Position numbers and translations under genes: made by a program
IMG/VR virus record: IMGVR_UViG_2681813004_000020
Location: 1-12,150 of that record
DNA: 12,150 nucleotides
Strand: one strand, 5' to 3'
From: a virus
Lineage: Duplodnaviria; Heunggongvirae; Uroviricota; Caudoviricetes
Notes under the pieces: model-generated
What the model was told of the DNA's origin: nothing
Seen by the model: only the letters and a program-made list of their open reading frames with translations
The model's database searches: none
Shown: in pieces, positions 7,369 to 12,150 of the stretch
Numbering within the stretch: position 1 is the stretch's first letter
Layout: the number at the start of each line of letters is the position of its first letter

Positions 7369-8076
7369 TTATGCCGCCTGTTTTAGTTCGTTAACTCTGA
7401 TGTTCATTACCTGAACGCATTTAGCCTGCGCCTCCTCATTGCCAGCCATTAATTGCCAGTCACGCTGATAACGCTCGATGAGTTTTTTCTTGTCAGTTTC
7501 TGTTGACGCATAATCGCTGAAGTCTTTCAGGATTTGTTCGCAGTCAACCGATGGAGATTTCTGGTTGGTATTTTCTGGTGATGGTTTGTTATCTGATGCT
7601 GGTATTGCCCATCCCGGCAGCGATGGAGGGAGCCAGTAAAATCCTGTTCCATCCTTGAGTTTTGCCCTGTGCCATCCCTGCTTTTTATCGAGAGATGTTT
7701 GTGCGAAACCTTCCTCAAGGTTATACAGATACCGACCGATTCCCCACTGAACGGCAGCGCGCTTCATTGCACCGGAACGACCACCTTTGACGGCTTCTAC
7801 CTGCGTGTTTTCAGCAGCATCCCATTTGGTTACCCATTCGGAATCAATCTTTATTGATATGCCGCATTCAACGCCGCCGTTGTTGGGAATATCGCGGTAT
7901 TCATTGCGCCATCCTGCTTTGCCGCAAACATCGTCCAGGCGTTTCATGATTGCCCGGTTCGTTACATAAGCCAGCACCATAGCCCACACTTTGCCATCGC
8001 GTGTTTTACCGCTTTGCTGTATTCGCCATTCGATATCTTCAGGGCTGAATGGCTCATCGAATTTATTCAAATCCAT
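7369..8076 (-). CDS. Rad52-type single-strand annealing protein, 235 aa
   Basis: Motif GAMKRAAVQWGIGRYLYNL resembles the Rad52 signature GLKRALRSFGNALG; GAGGTGA SD; directly upstream of ssb. Confidence 0.65.
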   Translation of the reverse strand: MDLNKFDEPFSPEDIEWRIQQSGKTRDGKVWAMVLAYVTNRAIMKRLDDVCGKAGWRNEYRDIPNNGGVECGISIKIDSEWVTKWDAAENTQVEAVKGGRSGAMKRAAVQWGIGRYLYNLEEGFAQTSLDKKQGWHRAKLKDGTGFYWLPPSLPGWAIPASDNKPSPENTNQKSPSVDCEQILKDFSDYASTETDKKKLIERYQRDWQLMAGNEEAQAKCVQVMNIRVNELKQAA

Positions 8077-8084
8077 AATTCACC

Positions 8085-8255
8085 TCAGAATGGACACGGC
8101 CCAAGGAAATAACGCTGATTTAATACTTCAACTCGGGACAAATTAAGGCATACCCGCATTCCTTCGCGGTCGCCATTATGGCGATACCAGAGAGCTTTCT
8201 GCGTGTACATGCGTCTCTGTAACTTGCTCTCCTTCACTGTGGTTGCAAGTGACAT
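8085..8255 (-). CDS. Hypothetical small protein, 56 aa (MSLATTVKESKLQRRMYTQKALWYRHNGDREGMRVCLNLSRVEVLNQRYFLGPCPF), paralog of the 10416-10604 gene
   Basis: Manual translation; GAAGGAGATATTC-ATG (strong SD); stop overlaps the SD of the Rad52-type gene; aligns over its length with the 62-aa protein in the other module (shared L-x-R, A-x-W/Y-x-R-x-x-GD, CL, N-x-R-x-FL, terminal PF). Confidence 0.55.
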   Translation of the reverse strand: MSLATTVKESKLQRRMYTQKALWYRHNGDREGMRVCLNLSRVEVLNQRYFLGPCPF

Positions 8256-8334
8256 GAATATCTCCTTCGTTACCGATTAATTCTTTCATCTGACGAATGA
8301 ATTCTTCGTCTGACCAGTTATCTGTAAAACTCAT
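8176..8334 (-). CDS. Alternative small ORF, 52 aa (MSFTDNWSDEEFIRQMKELIGNEGDIHVTCNHSEGEQVTETHVHAESSLVSP), overlapping the 56-aa gene in another frame
   Basis: ATG forms an ATGA overlap with the kil-like stop, mirroring the junction in the other module, but has a poor SD and overlaps the better-supported 56-aa gene by 80 nt. Confidence 0.2.
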   Translation of the reverse strand: MSFTDNWSDEEFIRQMKELIGNEGDIHVTCNHSEGEQVTETHVHAESSLVSP

Positions 8335-8483
8335 TTCCTGCGATACCACGGATGGTTGATAGCTGATTTCATCGCTTTATTTGCTTCAAGCCACATTTTT
8401 GAATCACCAATAAATCTGGCTATTACTGCTTTGTTCTGTGCAGCACGAAGCATCTGGTGATTGATGGCTATTTCATTGCGCAT
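8331..8483 (-). CDS. Kil-like small protein (paralog), 50 aa
   Basis: MRNEIAINHQMLRAAQNKAVIARFIGDSKMWLEANKAMK... aligns with the other module's Kil (IATFIGDEKMFREAVEA versus IARFIGDSKMWLEANKA); GGAGG SD 5 nt upstream; start overlaps the 3' end of the cIII-like gene. Confidence 0.6.
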   Translation of the reverse strand: MRNEIAINHQMLRAAQNKAVIARFIGDSKMWLEANKAMKSAINHPWYRRK

Positions 8484-8602
8484 AACGCCTCCAGTTGTTT
8501 CTTTGCTGCTCTGATTAATTGTTTAACTCGGCGTGATAATTCAGATTCGTGCGGGTAGAAAGCGGACATGACGCCGCTACCCGCGAGCTGAAAGTGCATC
8601 AT
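8468..8602 (-). CDS. CIII-like small protein (divergent paralog), 44 aa
   Basis: MMHFQLAGSGVMSAFYPHESELSRRVKQLIRAAKKQL parallels CIII (AGxx...SESLLERITRKLRDGWKRL); TAAGGAG SD 5 nt upstream; immediately downstream of repeat copy 1; same cIII-then-overlapping-kil arrangement. Confidence 0.6.
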   Translation of the reverse strand: MMHFQLAGSGVMSAFYPHESELSRRVKQLIRAAKKQLEALCAMK

Positions 8603-8664
8603 GGGTAACTCCTTATATTTGATTGCATAACGAAAACGCCTCGAGTGAAGCGTTATTGGTATGC

Positions 8665-8692
8665 ATATAAAAAAGCCCTCACACTGGAGGGC
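8665..8692 (-). terminator. Intrinsic terminator inside repeat copy 1
   Basis: Minus strand GCCCTC-CAGTGT-GAGGGC followed by TTTTTTATAT; a second weaker hairpin AACGCTTC-ACTC-GAGGCGTT then TTCGTT lies at plus 8635-8654. Confidence 0.6.
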
Positions 8693-8785
8693 AAAGAAGA
8701 TTTCCAATAATCAGAACAAGTCGGCTCCTGTTTAGTTACGAGCGACATTGCTCACATAGCAGACTCGCAAATCTGCTATAGGTGC

Positions 8786-8944
8786 TTATTCGCATCGCAT
8801 GACAACATCAAATTTTTCGAGATTACTTTGTCGCAACAATCCTTCTTCTACGCGGTCAGCTTTTCTATAATTATCAAATTCGAAATGTTTAATTACTTCT
8901 TTCGTTTCTCGCTCTATAACTTCAACAATGTATTTCTTATTCAT
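8786..8944 (-). CDS. Hypothetical small protein, 52 aa (MNKKYIVEVIERETKEVIKHFEFDNYRKADRVEEGLLRQSNLEKFDVVMRCE), copy 1
   Basis: Manual translation; ATG overlaps the stop of the upstream gene (GATGAATAA); weak SD; duplicated exactly at 11027-11185. Confidence 0.4.
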   Translation of the reverse strand: MNKKYIVEVIERETKEVIKHFEFDNYRKADRVEEGLLRQSNLEKFDVVMRCE

Positions 8945-9119
8945 CGTTCTCATCTTTTAACGCGAGTTGTATATCGCGTCGGTACATCCGTTCTGCTTTT
9001 GTTTCTGGTGGCAGATCAATAAACGTGTCGAAAATGTTTTTGATATTTTCCAGCACCTCCGCCTTGGAGCTACCGGAGCAATTGCGCGGGTCATCCGCAC
9101 CATACAGAGGCGCTGGCAT
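8937..9119 (-). CDS. Hypothetical protein A2, 60 aa (MPAPLYGADDPRNCSGSSKAEVL...), paralog of the 5995-6288 gene
   Basis: ATG at 9119; first 30 nt identical to A1, then diverging; TAA stop overlaps the start of the 52-aa ORF. Confidence 0.55.
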   Translation of the reverse strand: MPAPLYGADDPRNCSGSSKAEVLENIKNIFDTFIDLPPETKAERMYRRDIQLALKDENDE

Positions 9120-9142
9120 AATGGGAGCCTTATTTTCAGTAA

Positions 9143-9730
9143 TCAGAAAGGAGGGTAATCGTTCTGGCTGTAACCATAATCATCTGCATGATTCTGGCTT
9201 ACGTTTTTAGAGCGATTGTCTTTATCTTTGAGATTGGCAACCATGTTGGCGATAGTTTCTGGTTGCTTGCCTTCTGCCTTTTCTTTAAGGGTTTGACCTG
9301 TTTGTGCAATAAACGGGATGCGTATTTCCATCTGGTAGCTGTCTGCGCCAGTCTTTTTGTTTGTGGTTAATACTTTCTGGAGCACTAACCCGATTTTCTT
9401 TCCATGAAATTCAGGTGCAACAAATTTACTGGCGGAAACCATATGCTGCGTTAATTGTCCAATCCCGGCACACCCCATCATGGCGTGAACGACATTTGCG
9501 CCAAATTTGTTTTCCGTGCCGTCATTTTTCTGAACACAGACGCTAAGATATTGGATTTTACGTCCGTCGTCGGATTCGCCAGAAAACTCAATAAATTTGG
9601 CTCCTTTTTCTGATTGCTTTAGTTCTGCTTCAGTAATGGTAATGATATGAGCACCAGTTTCGTTAATAAAACCACCTTGCCCTGCGGTCAGTGCTGCTTC
9701 TTCGTTATAAGTAAAAATCACGTTGCTCAT
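9143..9730 (-). CDS. Putative cognate ssDNA-binding partner of Sak4 (DUF669-like?), 195 aa, with an SSB-like C-terminal tail DYPPF
   Basis: ATGA overlap with the Sak4 stop; C-terminus ...HADDYGYSQNDYPPF resembles the acidic SSB tip DDDIPF; family assignment by context and tail only. Confidence 0.5.
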   Translation of the reverse strand: MSNVIFTYNEEAALTAGQGGFINETGAHIITITEAELKQSEKGAKFIEFSGESDDGRKIQYLSVCVQKNDGTENKFGANVVHAMMGCAGIGQLTQHMVSASKFVAPEFHGKKIGLVLQKVLTTNKKTGADSYQMEIRIPFIAQTGQTLKEKAEGKQPETIANMVANLKDKDNRSKNVSQNHADDYGYSQNDYPPF

Positions 9731-10407
9731 GCGGCGTTTTCCTTAATTTGATGAACATTATTGATGCCGTAGTAATCACAAACAGTGGCATCGACGAAAG
9801 AGAGATCGTTATCAATCTCATTGGAATCAAACATTCCCATTGGGGATTTAACAGTGTCTGCACCGTTGTTTTTTGTGGTGAAAAAGAACTGGTCATCACG
9901 GGTAAGGGTGCGAAGAACTATAGTAAACATGCCTTCGACAGTGATTTTCTCGTCCAGCATTTTGCCGATAGTCTTCATTTTCACACGCCCCATAGGAGTT
10001 TCTTCGGTGTGCGCAAGAAAATAGACTCTCAGGTCATCAGGCGCATCCTGCGCAGCCTTAATGACCTCCCATGCGTGACGGCCTATCTCAGTAAATTTAT
10101 CAAACGATTTTTCTTCTGAGCGGCGCATAAACTCATTGCTCATCACATACTGGAAGTCATCAACAATAACGATTCTTTTCCCGTATTCGTGAGCACGCTT
10201 AATTACGGCAACTATTACGTCCCATTTGTCAGTGGTAACTACGGTTCCTTTTTTTGCTCTGGCATCCCATGCAAGCCAGTCTTTTGATTTAAATGGTAGC
10301 GGCTTGCCTATTGGTTTTATAAGTATTGCTTCCTCTGGATTGATATTTCTCATGCTGGTTGATTTTCCGGTGCCAGACTCACCGAGTATTAATGTCGCAG
10401 TTCCCAT
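9727..10407 (-). CDS. Sak4-like RecA-core P-loop ATPase (AAA_24-type phage recombination protein), 226 aa
   Basis: Walker A GESGTGKS at residues 9-16, Walker B-like IVIVDD; size and position downstream of kil, where lambda has its Red recombination genes; GAGG SD. Confidence 0.7.
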   Translation of the reverse strand: MGTATLILGESGTGKSTSMRNINPEEAILIKPIGKPLPFKSKDWLAWDARAKKGTVVTTDKWDVIVAVIKRAHEYGKRIVIVDDFQYVMSNEFMRRSEEKSFDKFTEIGRHAWEVIKAAQDAPDDLRVYFLAHTEETPMGRVKMKTIGKMLDEKITVEGMFTIVLRTLTRDDQFFFTTKNNGADTVKSPMGMFDSNEIDNDLSFVDATVCDYYGINNVHQIKENAA

Positions 10408-10415
10408 AATTTGCC

Positions 10416-10604
10416 TCAGAATGGTAATTCGGATGGGGAGGAAAGAAACTCGCGCTCATTCATGCGCTCTCTTTGTGCCTGCCATAAACAAAGTTGTTTC
10501 TTTGATTTATCTCCCGCTTTACGCCAGTAACGAGCCTCAGCAATGTGATATTCTCTTTTTAATCGACTTAACTCTGGAGTTTTCGCCAGTTCTACCGGAA
10601 TCAT
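10416..10604 (-). CDS. Hypothetical small protein, 62 aa (MIPVELAKTPELSRLKREYHIAEARYWRKAGDKSKKQLCLWQAQRERMNEREFLSSPSELPF)
   Basis: Internal ATG with GGAGG SD and an ATGA overlap with the kil stop; paralogous to the 56-aa protein at 8085-8255. Confidence 0.5.
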   Translation of the reverse strand: MIPVELAKTPELSRLKREYHIAEARYWRKAGDKSKKQLCLWQAQRERMNEREFLSSPSELPF

Positions 10605-10714
10605 TTTGACCTCCATTTCCTGTAGGCTTCGACGGCCTCACGAAACATCTTTTCATCGCCAATAAAAGTGGCGATAGTGAATTTAGTCTGGATAGCCATA
10701 AGTGTTTTATCCAT
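10601..10714 (-). CDS. kil: Kil (FtsZ-targeting host-killing peptide), 37 aa
   Basis: MDKTLMAIQTKFTIATFIGDEKMFREAVEAYRKWRSK; ATG overlaps the last codons of cIII as in lambda; the ORF-track version includes an unsupported N-terminal extension. Confidence 0.6.
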   Translation of the reverse strand: MDKTLMAIQTKFTIATFIGDEKMFREAVEAYRKWRSK

Positions 10715-10847
10715 TTTTTGGAACTCCTGGCTGATTAAGTATGTCGATAAGGCGTTTCCATCCGTCACGTAATTTACGTGTGATTCGCTCAAGTAAAGAT
10801 TCGGAAGGGCAGCCAGCAACAGGCCACCCTGCAATGGCATATTGCAT
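10707..10847 (-). CDS. cIII: CIII (FtsH/HflB protease inhibitor), lambda type, 46 aa
   Basis: MQYAIAGWPVAGCPSESLLERITRKLRDGWKRLIDILNQPGVPKNG matches lambda CIII as recalled over its whole length; AAGGAG SD 7 nt upstream; lambda CIII is recalled as about 8 residues longer. Confidence 0.8.
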   Translation of the reverse strand: MQYAIAGWPVAGCPSESLLERITRKLRDGWKRLIDILNQPGVPKNG

Positions 10848-10905
10848 GGTGTGCTCCTTATTTATACATAACGAAAACGCCTCGAGTGAAGCGTTATTGG
10901 TATGC

Positions 10906-10933
10906 ATATAAAAAAGCCCTCACACTGGAGGGC
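10906..10933 (-). terminator. Intrinsic terminator inside repeat copy 2
   Basis: Same GCCCTC-CAGTGT-GAGGGC plus U-tract as in copy 1. Confidence 0.6.
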
Positions 10934-11026
10934 AAAGAAGATTTCCAATAATCAGAACAAGTCGGCTCCTGTTTAGTTACGAGCGACATTGCTCACATAG
11001 CAGACTCGCAAATCTGCTATAGGTGC

Positions 11027-11185
11027 TTATTCGCATCGCATGACAACATCAAATTTTTCGAGATTACTTTGTCGCAACAATCCTTCTTCTACGCGGTCAG
11101 CTTTTCTATAATTATCAAATTCGAAATGTTTAATTACTTCTTTCGTTTCTCGCTCTATAACTTCAACAATGTATTTCTTATTCAT
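11027..11185 (-). CDS. Hypothetical small protein, 52 aa, copy 2 (one extra in-frame ATG upstream)
   Basis: Identical to 8786-8944; here preceded by GGGGAAGA, and the ATG overlaps the stop of the 98-aa gene. Confidence 0.4.
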   Translation of the reverse strand: MNKKYIVEVIERETKEVIKHFEFDNYRKADRVEEGLLRQSNLEKFDVVMRCE

Positions 11186-11481
11186 CATTCTTCCCCAAGA
11201 GCTTTTCTGATTGCTGCAAGACCTTTATTAACAGCTCCATACCATTCTGGATATGTTGTCTTTGTTCTATTTTTGGTTTGCTTAAGTAATAACTGAAGTG
11301 CTTCGAGAAGGTCAGGTGCTGCCGCTATTAGATTGGCATCTTCAATGCATTGAACTTCCTCACAGATTGCAATATACGAACGCCAGCCTGCGCCATTTTC
11401 AAGTGAGTCTGCCTGGATGATTTTAATCTCATCGCCATCCATCATTATTTCCCACTTACCTTCAGTACCTTTAAATTCCAT
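11185..11481 (-). CDS. Hypothetical protein, 98 aa
   Basis: ATG at 11481 preceded by AGAGGCTAAC; acidic N-terminal half; no family recognised. Confidence 0.6.
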   Translation of the reverse strand: MEFKGTEGKWEIMMDGDEIKIIQADSLENGAGWRSYIAICEEVQCIEDANLIAAAPDLLEALQLLLKQTKNRTKTTYPEWYGAVNKGLAAIRKALGEE

Positions 11482-11492
11482 GTTAGCCTCTG

Positions 11493-11520
11493 TTGTTTAT
11501 GCCAAAAATAAAGGCCGACT
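11493..11520 (-). terminator. Intrinsic terminator (tL1-like position) overlapping the stop of the 107-aa gene
   Basis: Minus strand AAGGCCG-AATAGT-CGGCCTT (7-bp stem) followed by ATTTTTGG. Confidence 0.6.
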
Positions 11521-11842
11521 ATTCGGCCTTATCTACATTCCTGAACCAAACGCAGATCGGACCGTCTTCTGTATCGTGAATCGAACCGACAAACCATCCT
11601 TCTCCATCTGGCATGCTTGGCTCCCATCCACTGATGTTTTGATTCCCATCTTCAAAATACGCGTCAATTACCGTTTGATTGTTGTCGTTTTCCATTTCAA
11701 CAATTGATGATTCAATGCCATGCTGCTTGCAGAAAGATCTGAACTCATCAGCTGAAATTACCTCTCTATCCCCAAACAGGTTGGCGTATTCTGGGTGCGT
11801 CCAGTAGCCATCCTCGCTTCGCTCTACTACTAATGCTTCCAT
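11519..11842 (-). CDS. Highly acidic Trp-rich protein of unknown function, 107 aa, first gene after N
   Basis: ATG at 11842 preceded by GAGGTGAGAT; about 24 Asp/Glu against 6 Lys/Arg; four Trp; no family recognised. Confidence 0.65.
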   Translation of the reverse strand: MEALVVERSEDGYWTHPEYANLFGDREVISADEFRSFCKQHGIESSIVEMENDNNQTVIDAYFEDGNQNISGWEPSMPDGEGWFVGSIHDTEDGPICVWFRNVDKAE

Positions 11843-11850
11843 ATCTCACC

Positions 11851-12150
11851 TCAAATAAGTGGTTTGCTGCCTAATTTCATTTTCTGGCGACCAACACAAG
11901 TCACACCCATTTCACTGCGTGGCTTGCGGTAGTAAATACGGTTCTGTTTACGCTCTACTTCTTCTGCCTTCTTGCAGCGAAGGCTTCCGAGTGATGCTGC
12001 TTTATCTGCTCTGACGCAACCAGAGAGCTTTAGCGCAATTTTTCGCGCCAGTCGCTGCTCTTGCATTGCCTGTTCACGTTGAGCCTGTCTGCGTGCTCTG
12101 CGGCGATTTCTGGCGTTATCGTCAGCCAGATATGTAATGACTACTGTCAT
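11851..12150 (-). CDS. N: N-like transcription antitermination protein (phage 21-type C-terminus); the ATG sits exactly at the window edge, so the true start may lie further upstream
   Basis: Arg-rich motif NARNRRRARRQAQREQ near the N-terminus; C-terminus RKPRSEMGVTCVGRQKMKLGSKPLI parallels lambda N ...SKPGERGITCSGRQKIKGKSIPLI; position at the head of the leftward operon. Confidence 0.8.
   Translation of the reverse strand: MTVVITYLADDNARNRRRARRQAQREQAMQEQRLARKIALKLSGCVRADKAASLGSLRCKKAEEVERKQNRIYYRKPRSEMGVTCVGRQKMKLGSKPLI

Larger units (their letters stand above)
8626..8945. repeat. 320-bp direct repeat, copy 1 (identical to 10867-11186)
   Basis: Base-by-base comparison; contains a 52-codon ORF, a 7-bp inverted repeat and two terminator-like hairpins; ends just upstream of the cIII-like SD. 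Confidence 0.95.
10867..11186. repeat. 320-bp direct repeat, copy 2 (identical to 8626-8945)
   Basis: Base-by-base comparison, offset 2241 bp; ends just upstream of the cIII SD. Confidence 0.95.
1331..12150. mobile_element. Lambdoid prophage, left end (attL to N), continuing beyond the window
   Basis: attL core with phage P' arm, lambda-type int/xis, and a leftward early operon (N, cIII, kil, recombination genes) all on the minus strand; host gene ybhC immediately outside. Confidence 0.9.

Noticed and set aside
7527-7718. Minus-strand 63-aa ORF inside the Rad52-type gene
   Set aside because: Out-of-frame internal ORF of a longer, motif-supported gene.
8170-8184. 15-bp perfect palindrome TCGCCATTATGGCGA
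   Set aside because: Lies inside coding sequence with no flanking regulatory context; likely coincidental.
1987-10609. Other plus-strand ORFs in the track (e.g. 1987-2196, 2841-3026, 3265-3683, 4205-4641, 5164-5915, 6598-6848, 7071-7277, 7669-7969, 9188-9546, 9748-10119, 10226-10609)
   Set aside because: Each is embedded antisense in a minus-strand gene of a tightly packed, translationally coupled operon; none has a convincing SD or known family; treated as non-coding.
10715-10907. Long ORF-track versions of cIII (to 10907), kil (to 10840) and the cIII-like gene (to 8707)
   Set aside because: The extensions run through terminator hairpins and lack SDs; internal ATGs with strong SDs give lambda-like small proteins.
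5832-11186. CRISPR array, as an explanation for the repeated sequences
   Set aside because: Only two copies of each repeat, units of 109 and 320 bp, no regular repeat-spacer periodicity and no cas genes.

Overview
This window is the left (attL) end of a lambdoid prophage sitting at the classical lambda attB next to ybhC (gal-bio region). All credible genes are on the minus strand. Order by coordinate: ybhC (1-1284); attL with the exact lambda core GCTTTTTTATACTAA (1331-1345) and P' arm; lambda-type int and xis; then a long leftward, mostly translationally coupled delayed-early (pL-type) operon. Read in transcription direction (high to low coordinate) the operon is: N-like antiterminator (21-type C-terminus) at the right edge, a very acidic 107-aa protein, an intrinsic terminator, a 98-aa protein, then two successive modules of the same architecture. 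Each module is: 320-bp conserved linker (small ORF plus terminators), cIII-type gene, kil-type gene, ~60-aa protein, recombination genes. The upstream module has lambda-type cIII/kil, a Sak4-like RecA-core ATPase and an SSB-like partner. The downstream module has divergent cIII/kil paralogs, a Rad52-type annealing protein, a canonical SSB and a DnaQ-like 3'-5' exonuclease. Accessory genes follow (Ea22-like, Lar-family zinc ribbon, ASCH-domain protein, several unknowns) down to xis/int. Structural oddities are two perfect 320-bp direct repeats 2241 bp apart, a perfect 109-bp tandem duplication, an SSB whose frame runs 15 codons past DDDIPF, and paralogous genes with abrupt mosaic junctions. I found no CRISPR array, tRNA/rRNA, transposase or recognisable defence system. 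The provided ORF track contains no ORF shorter than 60 aa and includes GTG starts, so several small genes here were found by manual translation. Family assignments rest on motif recognition and recall, not on database searches.
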